A stretch of DNA of 64,000 nt, taken from the NCBI GenBank assembly GCA_951406725.2, contig OX597831.1:38440001-38504000 (forward strand), read 5' to 3'. The position numbers were made by a program, and so were the translations under genes. Positions 1 to 14,467 of the stretch are shown piece after piece. The notes beneath the pieces were generated by a model. That model was not told the DNA's origin. It worked only from the letters and a program-made list of their open reading frames with translations, and did no database searches. This stretch comes from Octopus vulgaris (Eukaryota). Within the stretch, counting starts at the first letter, position 1. Each line of letters starts with the position of its first letter.

Positions 1-414
1 ACCGACATATTGTCCAGTGTAAAATACTGGCCGACTCTGCCATATCTTGCTTTATATTATACAGATGCTAAGAGTCTACACTCTGAGATTAGGTGGTCTA
101 TAGTTTCAATCTCATCGTTACAGAATCGGCATTTTAGGTCAGCTCCATTTTGTATCAAATTGGCTTGGTAGTTCCGGGTTAATAAGCTTTCGTTTTGAAA
201 GGCTAATATGAAACTTTCACTCTCCGCTTTTAGCCCTGAGCTTCGTAACCATTGGTGCGTGTGTATCTGGTCGACATCAGCTTGTTTGGTACGGGCCACA
301 TGCTTGCCATGCAGAGGTTTCAGTTCCCATCTGCTAGCTAATTTTTCATGTGCTTTTGTCTTTGCAATTAATTATATTTTCTTTGCAGCAGCAGTTGGCG
401 CATTTCTTTCAACG
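1..414 (-). mobile_element. R4/Dong-clade RLE non-LTR retrotransposon fragment (C-terminal CCHC zinc-knuckle region)
   Basis: Minus-strand translation gives WELKPLHGKHVARTKQ...WLRSSGLKAESESFILAFQ...CRFCNDEIETIDHLISEC. The W..KPLHG motif and Cx2Cx7Hx4C knuckle are typical of R4/Dong. Abuts an (ATC)n/(ATT)n tract. Confidence 0.85.
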
Positions 415-417
415 TAA

Positions 418-1216
<799 letters not shown>

Positions 1217-1254
1217 GTAATTATTATTATTATTATTACTATTATTATTATTAT

Positions 1255-2149
1255 ATCTGTTGCGGAGTAAATCGGACGTATTTTCGAACGCTCGAGGTAA
1301 GTCCTTTTTAATACAATTTTTTTACACTATTTTGGTTCAGTTTATTCGCCTTACACTTTGTTCCAAGTTGTTAATAGAAACAGCAAGAAACTGTCACTGG
1401 GTTTCTGTGTTTGGTTGCCCCCTCCCCCACCGCCGGTCTTCATTCGACACCCACTCCAAATATGTTCAGTGGGTTTTTTCATTTGTAATTCAAAAAGATG
1501 CCGGCCCGCATCTTGACAGAGTTAAGAAAAACTACTGCCCCTCACGTAGGTCTAGTGACCTCTGAAGATATCCCTGCCCTTCACTCCGTTACTGGCAACA
1601 ATACAGGAGAGGTGTCACATGTAGGACAGATTCGGTTATCAGCCGAATCCCCGCCACCTTCTTTTGGCCAGGAAGGAAATGCAGTTTTCCTGTAGCTATA
1701 GCGAAAGAGGTAGTGTGGTGGATGAAGCTGAAAGGACTGAGGACAGACACTTTCCTCTTCAGCCGAGCCCTTATCGATATTTTCAAGTTCCACTCGAAAA
1801 AGAAAGTGAGGGTAGAGAGACAAGTAATGTTGTTGAATGGTGGGTGAATATTCCGAAAATGACTCGTGTGAATGGCCCTACTCTGGATTTCGTTTGTAAG
1901 CCGGAGCATTTGACGGAAGAGGGGTGCCTACCTAGCGTGCTCTTTGCAGTTGAGGTGACCAGGATGTGTGGGGTGTCCTAGTTGGCCTTGGGTGGAACTC
2001 CCCCTATGGCGTATTTTTGCTAAATAATCTTTGTTAACTGTTTATTATTTTTTGTTCTTTAGACGTTTTCTGTTTAAAACCCCACTTGTCTCTTATTTTG
2101 TATTCTCCTTAAGTTTTGGTGTTCGGCCCTAGTGGCCAATAAAGAAAGG
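1255..2149 (+). mobile_element. Internally deleted L1/Tx1-like LINE derivative inserted in (ATT)n
   Basis: 1692-1830 reads VAIAKEVVWWMKLKGLRTDTFLFSRALIDIFKFHSKKKVRVERQV, resembling L1/Tx1 ORF2 C-termini. Followed by a T-rich 3' UTR ending GGCCAATAAAGAAAG. The upstream part looks like a 5' UTR plus a short ORF start at 1498. Confidence 0.55.
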
Positions 2150-2257
2150 ATTATCATTATTATTATTATTATTATTATTATTTTTATTTTTTATTTTTAT
2201 TTATTTAATATTATTATTATCATTATTTTTATTTTTATTTATTATTATTATTATTAT

Positions 2258-2658
<401 letters not shown>

Positions 2659-3045
2659 TTCAGTAGTTTTATTTTTCATAGCGTGCTTTCACTTCACTAC
2701 CGAGCGCAGCTCTGTGTGCCTTGGGTATGTGCTGTGGTTTGTTGTGATACTCTGATGGATATTGTATTGAAAGTGTTCTGCGTAGGATGTGTGCAGTGCC
2801 CAGTAGTGCAATTTTCTGTATGTTATATGTGTTTGTAAGTCCTGGTGTTTTTGTTATGTATTTGTGTGAATATTTTTTTATCATGCCTAATGCACCTACT
2901 ATGATAGGAATTGTTTCTGTTTTTAGATTCCACATTCTGGTTACCTCTATTTCCAGGTCTTTGTATTTTGAAAGTTTCTCCATTTCTTTTAGAGACACGT
3001 TTTCATCTGCCGGTATTGATACATCAATTAGAAAGCATTTTTTTC

Positions 3046-3046
<1 letters not shown>
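2659..3046 (-). mobile_element. 5'-truncated R4/Dong copy (RLE C-terminus plus 3' UTR), same family as 587-1157
   Basis: Closely similar to 587-970. ORF 2669-2998 reads EKLSKYKDLEIEVTRMW...IQKIALLGTAHILRRTL. (TAA)n on both sides. Confidence 0.9.
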
Positions 3047-3114
<68 letters not shown>

Positions 3115-3116
3115 GA

Positions 3117-3177
<61 letters not shown>

Positions 3178-3187
3178 GTTGTTGTTA

Positions 3188-3420
3188 AGGCGGTGAGCTG
3201 GCAGAATTGATTTTACACCGGGCAAAATGCTTAAAGGTCTTTCGTCCGTCTTGACATTCTGAGTTCAAATTCTACCGAGGCCGACTTTGCTTTTCATCCA
3301 TTCGGGTTCGATAAATTAATTACCAGTAAAACACTAGGGTCGATATAATCGACTAGTCCCTCCCTGCACCTCCATCCCCCCTGAAAAATTGCAGGCTTTG
3401 TGTCTTTAAGAGAAAGGATT
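3188..3420 (+). mobile_element. tRNA-headed SINE family B (Nin/Deu-like core)
   Basis: Head GGCGGTGAGCTGGCAGAA, B-box GAGTTCAAAT, core TTTCATCCaTTCGGGtTCGATAAA..TACCAGT. Homologous to 16352, 35681 and 57897. Confidence 0.8.
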
Positions 3421-3495
3421 ATTATTACTATTATTATTGTTATTATCAGTGATGTTGCTGGTGTTATTGTTGATGAGGATAATATCATTATCACT

Positions 3496-3676
3496 CACGC
3501 CGGGCGAAATGCGGTATTTCGTCTGCCGCTACGTTCTGACTTCAAATTCCGCCGTGGTCGACTTTGCCTTTCATCCTTTCCGGGCTCGATTAAATAAGTA
3601 CCAGTTACGCACTGGGGTCAATGTGATCGACTTAATTCCATCCCACAAATCCCAGGCCTTGTACTTCCAGTAGAAA
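3496..3676 (+). mobile_element. SINE family B, 5'-truncated
   Basis: CGCCGGGCGAAATGC...GTCGACTTTGCCTTTCATCCTTTCCGGGCTCGATTAAATAAGTACCAG. Confidence 0.75.
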
Positions 3677-3753
3677 TGATATTATTATTACGGTCTTCAG
3701 TATCCTCTCCTTTCTCCTTATGATCATCATCATCATCATCATCATCATTGTCG

Positions 3754-3792
<39 letters not shown>

Positions 3793-3842
3793 TTACTGTC
3801 ATCAACATCATCATCATAATCATCATCTTCATCATTACTATC

Positions 3843-3876
<34 letters not shown>

Positions 3877-4599
3877 GCGACGTCTGTAGCAACAAATTAT
3901 GGTTTTTTTATATGTTTTGTGTTGCTTCTTTTTTGTGTTTTTTTTTTTCTTTTTGCTTTGTTTCTTTGTGTGTCTATAGCGTTCTAGTAAAACCGATTTT
4001 TCAAAAGAAGAATGCTTTGTGAAAGAAACATGCTTCGGTAATTGACTGATGATGAAAGAATTAGAAAATAACTTTTATATTCAAATAATACATAAAAAGA
4101 TATTATTTTCTTATTTGTTGCGTGTCTGTTTTTCCCTTTATTATCTTTTTTTCTTTCAGTCTTTTATAATACAAGACTTCTTTGTATAATTGGGCTTCGG
4201 TTTATTTATCTAGTCGTTTTACTTTTTTTTTTGTTTTTTGCTTTTTATTTTTTTTCCATGTGTTTGTTTTGTGTTTTTGAAGCAGTTGTATATATATATT
4301 TTAAGCACTTTTCTGTTTTATGTATTGTCTCTCTTATATTTCTATGTATGAATGCTTTTGTGGATGTGTGTATGTCTACGCATGAACATCTTTGTGTGTG
4401 CGTGTGTGTGTGTGTGTATGTGCGTGTGTGTGTCTGTGTGCGTGCGTGCGTATGTCCGTTTGTGTGGTTGGCTATTTTCAACATGCAATGAATTGAAGAC
4501 ATTCTCAGATTCTATAAACATGGTTTGGAAGTGTTCTTTAACTTAAAAACAAAAAAAAACACCTTTTATTAACGTTTACTATTACCACTAAAACCACCT

Positions 4600-4990
4600 C
4601 CACCGCTGCTGCTGCTGCTACTGCTACTACTACTACTGCTGCTGCTGCTGCTGATGATGATGATACTGCTATGACGACGACAAACGTTATTACTACTACT
4701 ACTACTACTACTACTAATACTAAAGCTGCTACCTCTAATTTTACAGATGACGACGACGGCTAATACTACTTCTACTACTAAAACAAATACTGCAAAATCT
4801 AATGTTGATGCTGCAGGTGGTGGTGCTGCTGCTACTGCTGCTACTGCTGCTACTACCACTTCTGATACTTCAGGGGATCCAGCCCCCGCTGCTGCTGCGG
4901 CTACTACTACTACTACCAGCACCACAACTACTACTACTACTACTACTATTGTACTGCAACTGCCGTTGCTGCTGCTGCTGCTGCTGCCAC
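4600..4990. repeat. Degenerate compound (CTA/CTG/ATG)n trinucleotide region
   Basis: Low-complexity triplets that generate spurious poly-Ser/Thr/Ala/Leu ORFs. Confidence 0.85.
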
Positions 4991-5170
4991 TTCTTGACTT
5001 TTTTATATTCTTTTTCTTTTCCCCGTCGTTTTTATTGTTATTATTCTAATTGTTTTATTGTTATTGTTAAAATTGTTTGCCTTGTATTTGTTGCTGTTGT
5101 TCCTTCTATTCCTGGTATATTTTTGTCATTGTCGTCAAACATGCTTTCGCATACAATTTATTCAATTTAT

Positions 5171-5235
<65 letters not shown>

Positions 5236-6638
5236 TTCTGTTGTAGATAACAAAATATGAAATAAGAGACAATGCGAATGGATGAAAGAAATAAAGAAAA
5301 AAAATTAACGAAATTATTGGAAAGAATACTAGCATTGTCTTGATTGAAGTTTCTTTCCTGAACAAAAAAGAATATAGCTGCACAAAAACTATAGAATTTC
5401 GTCCAGTTCATTAGAATAGTTCTTTTCAGTGCTTTTATATGCGATAAAGAGAAACAGGTAAAAAGAAAACTATGTACGTATAATGAAATTATAAATACGG
5501 TAGCTTTTGGAAAGTCTGGTTACGTTTGTGTACATGTATGTTGTATTTAATTACTGCAGATACTAATATATTTTGGAGTTTAACTGTCTTCTGCAATCAC
5601 ACATATTCTGTCTGCTTGTTTCTACTGAAGTTATTCAGAATGGATTATCGATGTAACGGCAGATAGTTCACTATTATATGTTATTTTATATTATTTCATT
5701 CTATTTATATTGGTATTTTAGGTGACATAAGCATTAAGGATGCTCTGCCCGTTATACACACTTTACGGTCTTCTAAGGTGTTTTGTCCGTAATTCTATGT
5801 CCATCGCAATGTTGGAAACATTTCCGTATTATCAGTAGGTACCTCATGGTCACGAGCGCTTCACTCCTTAGCTTGTACTCTTTGCTTGATTGAGACAGCG
5901 AGGACTGAAGTGGTTTTCTCTTGCGGAAGCGTTCAGACTCTTATCAAACTTAACTAACATAGATGCTAAAATTTAATCCAGTTCATCAGAGTAGTACTCT
6001 GCGACGGTTTTATATGTGAATTGAGAAAATTAGTTAAAAATGTAAAAAAGAAGCGGTGATAATAGATTTATACACGTATATTATGATTAATTGTTGCAGA
6101 TTTTCATATATTATATGCTACATTATTTTGTAAGTTTCGCATATTTTGCTCGCTAGTTCCTACATGCATCAGTAAAAATTGATTTCAGCTGTAAGTGTAG
6201 TTACTTTCATTTTTTATTTTACCGGTTTCAGCTCATGCGCACCACCAACAGGTACACTACATTTTCATTAATCCTCCTTTAATAGTTGGCTTTCAGTAAA
6301 TGTGGGAGTTTGAGGCTACTGTCCTCATTGCCACTTCCTACCGTGAAGTTGAATCTCAAGCCATTACAGAAGCCGGTCCAGCATTTCGAAGGCAAGGATG
6401 TGATTTTAAGCCATATACAATAGCAAACTGTTCCACCGATATTATAGCTACCCCGACGTTTACGAAAATTCCTTCCAGGATCTTCCACATGTACATTGCA
6501 GCTTAGTTTATATTACATTTTAAATAATATTATATTTGTTTATTTATGATTTGGATTTATGTGGCCGAAATAAATAAAACAATTTGTCTCTTATAGCAAT
6601 TGTGATTAGTACACCTTTAACAAGCAAAACGAAATATA

Positions 6639-7173
6639 TTGGGTTGTCCGGTAAGTTCGTGCCGATTTTTAAAGGAAAGATAAAGGTAAATAGATAATCG
6701 TCATTACATTTTTAATAAACCAAATATGAATCATTTTGTTGCACAATGCGTCTCCATCTTTCTTTAACTTCAAAATACCCTCTTCCCAGAATTTAGGTGG
6801 TTTCATGGCAAAGAATTCATCAAGGTATCTTTTTACGTCATCCAAGGCATTGAAATTTTTACCATTAAGACTATTCTGCAGAGACCTGAATAAGTGGAAT
6901 TCCGAAGGAGCAATATCTGGTGAATATGGAGGGTGGGGTAACACATCACAGCCGAGCATCAAGTGCCGAAAATGAACTTTCTTATCTTCCATTTTAAAGC
7001 GTTACAGAATTAACACAGGTTATAGGAACATAAACCTTCTTCCACGAAAAGATAGCTTAAACTGTGCTCTAAACGGAGGTGTAGTCAAATCCTATTTATG
7101 AACTCAACCATGTTCTAAAATAAGTCGAAATTTAAGCTACTATAAATCGGCACGAACTTTCCGGACAACCCAA
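6639..7173 (-). mobile_element. Internally deleted mariner (Mos1/Hsmar1-like), 535 bp
   Basis: ~30-bp TIRs TTGGGTTGTCCGG(t/a)AAGTTCGTGCCGATTT and TA TSD (6637-38, 7174-75). ORF fuses MEDKKVHFRHLML to VLPHPPYSPDIAPSEFHLF. Confidence 0.95.
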
Positions 7174-7696
7174 TATAATCGTGTAAAGATTCAAGAACAT
7201 ACCTTAATGAACTCCAGCAACGGGTTGAACATCGAACGTAATGATATGGCTGTAAAATTTAAAGTACATGTAATAATCTGCATACAGTAGAAGATGTCAA
7301 ATCTAAGGCCTCAGGAAGCTACACATTTCCTAAGCTGACCATTATATAGATTTGCTCATACCCGTTGGAAATATTTTACAGATGGCTGAGCTGATGAATG
7401 GTGATTACCACGTTTGAATTTTATTGATATATATCCCATCGCTACATGGCGATTTGTAGCCGCAGCAAAATTTATTTAATTATAAGAAGGAGAATAAATG
7501 ATATCCTGATTCCGTTTGATATTCCTGGTCTTTGATTGCTTTTAGCAAAAATTTCTCTATTTTGAGCATCCAAGCAGAAATCACAGAGATAACAGTTGCT
7601 GATCGTATGACATCAGCCTGTTCGATCTTACCAAAGAAATCATTCAATTGTGATATGCAATACACACCTTCTTTTCTCTCTCTCTCTCTCTCGCCC

Positions 7697-7733
<37 letters not shown>

Positions 7734-7844
7734 TCAACTGCCTTAGAATTTCAAGGACCCGTTGGATGGTATGTTCTATGATATACGAAACAATTGAAAT
7801 AGTTGCGGCTGGAACTCTTTTGATCATGCATGATCGATCCCCAA

Positions 7845-7912
<68 letters not shown>

Positions 7913-7962
7913 GCACAGATATATATATATATACATACATACATATATATATATGTATGTAA

Positions 7963-8059
<97 letters not shown>

Positions 8060-8508
8060 AATATATATATATATATTTCACCACCAGCAAGAACAAACAA
8101 AAAACAAGAGGAGACGTATATCATTTATCAGATGAATGATAGATAAAACATGAAATGAGAAAACATTGCATCGCTACGATTGAAACGGCCATCGATCTCT
8201 CTAGACGGTGATTAATCTTTATTATTTAAACAATTTGACGTCCACGCTGTGCATTTCTCACGGCCTGCAACACTTGTGACATTCATGCTGGTATCATTTT
8301 TGATGCAAATTCTTAGCAAAAAAAAAACACCCCCCTTTAAAGCGTATCTCAATTTATTGGCGTTGGCATTGATGTGTGGTGAAGAAGCTCGCTGTGCAAG
8401 CAAATGGTTTCGGGATCATTCCTAATGCGTAGAATACCGAGGAAAATGTCTTTTAGTTTCTTCTCGAGCCAATGGAAGCAATGTGGGTGACTGTTGTGTG
8501 TGTGTTTG

Positions 8509-8570
<62 letters not shown>

Positions 8571-8581
8571 GCATATATTAA

Positions 8582-8848
8582 GTGACCGACCAGACCATCA
8601 GATGTTGCTACACATCGCTGGTCACAATGCGTTCGCATTGCTTTAGCCTTCGAGCAGGCCAACAGACGAAAGGGTGAGAGAAAGAGTGGTGAAAGAGTAC
8701 AGCAGGGATCACCACTCCCTGCCGGAGCCTCGTGGATATTTTAGGTGTTTTCGCTCAATAAACACTCACAACGCCCGGTCTGGGAATCGAAACCGCGATC
8801 GTACGACAGCGAGTCCGCTGCCTTAACCACTGGGCCATTGCGCCTCCA
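8582..8848 (-). mobile_element. tRNA-headed SINE family C, tail type 1
   Basis: Minus-strand head TGGAGGCGCAATGGCCCAGTGGTTAAGGCAGCGG...GGTTTCGATTCCC with A and B boxes. Same head as 14684 and same tail as 23240. Confidence 0.85.
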
Positions 8849-9045
8849 TATGTATATATAAAGGTATGAAAGGTATTCGTTTCAGGGAGACCCAAACTGT
8901 ATCCGGGAAATGCTAAGTGCTATGGATAGACCATGGTTAAGCTCCTGGCTCCATAATGATACGAATGAGGAGTCCTACGTGGGTCATGTATTAGCATGCA
9001 TATATATATATGTATGTATGTATATGTATATATATATATATATGC

Positions 9046-9342
9046 GGGGACCCCCTTCGGTTACAAACGACCATGGGATTGCACCAAGTAAGTTACTCTC
9101 CAAGGCACAAGTCCGGGCAAGTTTGTTTATGGAAGACCAGCAGTCGTCTATGTATACCAGCCTCCTCTCTCCACGCCACCGATGTTATCCAACTGATTTC
9201 TACAGCTGAGTGAACTGGAGTAACGTGAAATAAACTGTCTTACTTAAGACAAGAGCAAAACACGCAGGCCGGTCCAGTATTCGAACTCACAATATCACGG
9301 TCGTAAAATCGACGCTCTAACCACTGATCCATGCGCCTTCAC
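9046..9342 (-). mobile_element. tRNA-headed SINE family D (V/Meta-like core)
   Basis: Head TGAAGGCGCATGGaTCAGTGGTTAGAGCG and core TTTCACGTTaCTCCAGTTCACTCAGCTGTAGAAAT. Homologous to 33240 and 52949. Confidence 0.8.
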
Positions 9343-9427
9343 TCTATATATAAGATAAAACTTTTGTTTTTTCAATTTTATCAGTGGTCAGCATATAAAA
9401 AAATCTACTGATTAAGGTGAAGTCATA

Positions 9428-9832
9428 TACTCTTTACTCTTTTACTTGTTTCAGTTTTTGACTGCGGCCATACTGGAGCACCGCCCTCAGTAGAGCTAAT
9501 CGACCCTATTACTTATTCTTTAGAATCCTAGTACTTATTCTATCGGCCACTTTTGCCGAACAGCTTTTTTTGCGCAAACACACCAGCATCGGTTGTCAGG
9601 CAATGCTAGGGGGACAAACACAGACACACAAACACACACAAACACACATATATATGTATACATATATACGACGGGCTTTTTTCAGTTTCCGTCTACCAAA
9701 TCCACTCACAAGGCTTTGGTCGGCCCGAGGCTATAGTAGAAGACACTTGCCCGAAGGTGCCACGCAGTGGGACTGAACCCGGAACTATGTGGTTGGTAAG
9801 CAAGCTACTTACCACACAGCCACTCCTTCGCC
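9428..9832 (-). mobile_element. SINE family A (tRNA head, internal microsatellite, AAAAGAGT tail)
   Basis: Minus strand GGCGaAGGAGTGGCTGTGTGGTAAG...GGGTTCAGTCCCACTGCGTGGCACC...(TA/TG)n...GGCCGCAGTCAAA...AAAAGAGTA. Confidence 0.9.
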
Positions 9833-9978
9833 TATATATATATATATATATATATAGTATCGCGGTTCAACTATTGCGTTTTATTATTTAAGTTTACATA
9901 GATTCCTCTGAGATGTTGTTTTGCATTTGTAATTAAACAAATACATACAATTTATGAAAATATATTTAAAAATATATA

Positions 9979-10069
9979 CAGTGCACTACTGGTTATACTT
10001 CGCGGATTTTCACCCATCACGGGGGGTTTTTTTTAAGATAAAACCAGCGATAGTCGTGAGGGATTACTG
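9979..10069. mobile_element. Tiny pogo/Tigger-like MITE remnant
   Basis: TA|CAGT...ACTG|TA ends. The right end reads CAGTAATCCCTCACGACTATCGC on the minus strand. TIRs are degenerate. Confidence 0.45.
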
Positions 10070-10329
10070 TATATGCAAATATAATGCTGTGCACATACAC
10101 GTTGAATGTCCACATATTTTCCGAGTTCAAATTTCCCCACGGTAACAGAAGTCGTTGACCCAATTTTGTTCAACTATCATTTCTGTGTTCAGTTGCAAAC
10201 CTTTGCAGGTTTTAGGACAGAACAAAAATTCTCTGATGTAAATTTTTTTAAAAACAAATTTATACTCGGACTTGTAATGTATGTTAACTTGAAATATATT
10301 TTACAGTATATAAAATATATTATAATATA

Positions 10330-10728
10330 GGCGCAGGAGTGGGTGTGTCGTAAGTAGCTTGATCCGAAATACAGGGTACCGGATTCAGTCCCACTGCGTG
10401 GCACCTTCGGTAAGTGTCTTCTACTATAGCCCCCTGGCCGACCAAGGCCTTGTCAGTGGATTTGGCAGACGGAAACGGAAAGAAGCCCGTCGTATATATA
10501 CATATATATATGTATGTGTGTGTGTGTGTGTGTGTGTGTTTGTCCCCCCAACATCACTTGACAACCGATGCTGGTGTGTTTACATCCCCGTAACCTAGCG
10601 GTTCGGCACAAGAGACCGAAAGAATAAGTACTGGGCTTACAAAGAATAAGTCATGGGGTCGATTTGCTCGACTAACAGCGGTGCTCCAGCATGGCCGCAG
10701 TCAAATGACTGAAACAAGTAAAAGAGTA
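10330..10728 (+). mobile_element. SINE family A, full length
   Basis: Same layout as 9428-9832 in the opposite orientation. Confidence 0.9.
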
Positions 10729-11119
10729 TATTTAGCAAGTTTTTTTTTCCCCAAATTTGCTCATCTGTATGGAAATTAAACTCTACTATAAGATAATATA
10801 TTCCAACTGTGTTACTGCATTTTCCGTAAGCAGAATATTAAGGGTTTAAATTTGTCTAACGTTTTATTCGTATTTCAAGATTGTAAGGGGGAATTTCGTT
10901 GGGTTTCTATTACTAACAGTCCAAATGATCTCGTGCACAGAGTGTTTCGGTCTTTTGCCTTTAGCTGAAGTTTCGTTGATATAAAATTTGGTATTACCAG
11001 TTGTGAAAAAGATGGTCCTGTAAAGACTATTATCTGATCTCTTTTGATTACACGTAAAGAATGCATAGAATCTTATTGCCAATCAAATATCCCCCTTTCG
11101 CACTGCCTCTCACACACTA

Positions 11120-11160
<41 letters not shown>

Positions 11161-11161
11161 C

Positions 11162-11203
<42 letters not shown>

Positions 11204-11213
11204 TGTCTCTCGT

Positions 11214-11275
<62 letters not shown>

Positions 11276-11383
11276 CGTATCTGCCTATCAATCTATCTCT
11301 TTCTCTTACTTGTAATTTGCCATCTTTCCTCCGTCCCACTATCTCTCACTCTCTCTGTCTCTGTCTCTGTCTCTGTCTGTCTG

Positions 11384-11436
<53 letters not shown>

Positions 11437-11903
11437 AAATCATATTCAAAACGGTTCTTCATATTTACACACAAAATTTTCTTCAGAATCTGCTAGTTTG
11501 AAACAACCAATAAGTTACTTATCTTATTTGGAAGAGAAAGAAAATCGAAGAAAAACGAAGACAAAAAGTAACGTTCTTCTGTTTCGTGTTATTGTTGTTT
11601 ATTTCATTCATTTCTTTGTTGTTGTCATTACAGACACGAATTGATTATCAAATGTTCACATCACATCAATTGTTTTTTCTTCTTTTTTTTTTCCTCAGCT
11701 TCATTTCCTAGTCTTTGCGTGACATATTCCAAATAATTTATTGCTACAATGTTGCAAGATTCCAGAGTTGGCACATATGGCTCCATCTTATCTCAGTTTA
11801 GACATCTCATTTTATTTGCATTTGTATTTTATTTCACATGGCCTTCACCACCGCTGCCGTCCTCTTTCGCCATCTGTTCATCCCCATGTCCTCTTATAAA
11901 CAT

Positions 11904-12025
<122 letters not shown>

Positions 12026-12517
12026 TAGGGACCTCTCTCTCTCTCTCTTTCTCTGTCTTTCTCTCTCACGCACACACACATGCATACACTTACATACACT
12101 CTCCGTCTTTGCCTCCCCTTCTGTCCTTCTCTATTGCTCTCCTCCTCCTCCAATTTCCACTTTATATTGATGTTGTCTTATCTTTCGAAATCCATACTCT
12201 AAATACGTACTTTCTCTCCTTCTCTCTCTTCTTCGTGATTTCTTTATTTTATTTATTTATTTATTTATTTATACTTCTTATCTTTCTTCTCTTTTCTCTC
12301 TGCTTCCCAAGTGTACCCATTTTACCATGCTTTTCTACATCATTTCCACTTTTGTTCTCATCATATCTCAAAAGTTTCGGTACGAATTCATACAAAGAAA
12401 CCTAATTCATATCACGTAAGTGTTATTTCTGCTATTCATCATAATATCGCTTTATCACCTTCTTGTAGGAGCAGTTCAGCATGAGCAGCGCACACCCCTA
12501 CCTCATTACAAGAATTA

Positions 12518-12568
<51 letters not shown>

Positions 12569-13346
12569 TGTATGTTTGTATATATGTATGTATATATGTG
12601 TGTTCGTATGAATGACTTTATGTATGTACGTCTGTATCGTTATTATATTTGTACATGTGCGTGTGCGTCTATTTTCGTGTCTCCGTTCTGTTCATGTTCT
12701 TTTATAATATAAAATGTTTTAAAATGAACGTGTGTCTCCAATCCAGTCAATGTAATTATCCAAACTGACTGCGAACTTCTATACACACTTCTTGCTAAGC
12801 TATTCCTATCTCGTTTAGTATTAGCTGCATAGGTAATTAACTGACCTAGCATTAAACTTTATCACCTATAGATAGTCGTTATCGGATTACAATTTACATA
12901 ACACCTACAGCTCTTTCCTTCTATAGCATGTCTAAGACATGACGATCATTGTTGCTGATACTTGCAAGTTCTTAATCAGCTCAGAACGTGCAGTACTGTG
13001 AGATAAGACCATCTATCTACGACCAAATCTTTTATTTTAGCTATTTTATATTTAGAACTACATTACCCAAAGTGTCATCTTCTTAAATAGTTGGGTATGA
13101 TTCAAGAAGGGATTTACACCTTTTTCAACCAACTTAAGCGGCCACATTCTGTTTCTCTAGGCAATTCAGTAAATAGGATGTCAGCATGCTTATCATAGCG
13201 TCAATGGATAGTATAATATCTCCAGCACACTATTCATCTTCTCGTTCACTGTCATACAATTCATTCCCACAAGGCCTGTTTAAACACACACACACACACA
13301 TACACACACATATATATATGTATGTATATATATATATATATATGTT

Positions 13347-13387
<41 letters not shown>

Positions 13388-14239
13388 ATGTATGTATGTA
13401 ATGTGCATGCATGTATGTCTTCGTATGTGTATGTCTGTGTGGATGTGTGCGTGTATGCATCATGGCAGCTATAAGAATCACAAGCGATCAATATGGAATT
13501 AATGAAAATTTGCTATCAACTTGTAGCAACCGATCAAAATATGAAAATTCTAATTCGAGAAGAATGGCACCATCTAAACTGACTTGTCCTCAACGCAGGC
13601 ATTAATAGTTCAACCAAACCTTAATAAAATTGGCACCAGTGAAGTAATGGGTCTCGATGTGGCTGATTAGTCAGCTAGGAAGAGAAATGAATTATAAATT
13701 GCAAATTACGCTATACCATCGTCAAAAGTTAGAGCATGTTAGAAGATTTGGCAACCCTTCTTAAATAGAAGTGATGCGGAAAAATAAAATATCATTGAGC
13801 ATGTAATTTTTTATCAGAGTTGGCCAGGGTTAGAAAAAATAACAATGGATAACAAATAGCCTATAGTTCTTAAGAAGCTTGGACTAAAAGGTCATGGTTG
13901 GTGCACGTTGATTATGTTTTATCTTTTATAAGATCTGCTCAAGTGCTAAACAAAAACATATACAAGGCTTCTATGGTTACGCGTAACTCTACATCTGCTC
14001 ATGTCAAGCCTAGGAAAAAATATTTCTAGGAAATCTGATGGTTTCCAGGCCATACAGTTCTTGCCTCTCCAATGTTTATATAAGGAACCGATGTTCATCG
14101 GAAGAATATTTTGTCGACTGAATTTGAATAAAAATCTTGCCTTTGTGTGCTCTACTCACATGCGTCAGAATTACGAGATTTAACCTCCAAACTGAAATTC
14201 GAAATCGGAGTACAGAGACTTTCATGAAATATTATGATA

Positions 14240-14395
14240 CTTTGAAGCAAGAAGTTTTCTTCCCAACCACATTGTTCTGGATTTAGTCCCACAACATAGT
14301 AGCTTGGGTAAGTGTGTTTTGTTATTAGAACCCCAAGCCATTTAAAGAACTGTGAGTGAATTCAATAAACGGAAACTGAAACACCGCCGTGCATA

Positions 14396-14467
<72 letters not shown>

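Noticed and set aside
4569-5260. Ser/Thr/Ala-rich mucin-like ORFs
   Set aside because: Degenerate trinucleotide repeat open in several frames on both strands, with no clear splice context.
7386-7420. CTGATGA followed by a TGGT/ACCA stem, like half a hammerhead
   Set aside because: GTTT follows instead of GAAA, and there is no stem III or stem I.
11665-11830. Strong plus-strand polypyrimidine tract with CAG at ~11698 and a nearby ATG
   Set aside because: No good donor downstream, and the frame runs into (TA)n.
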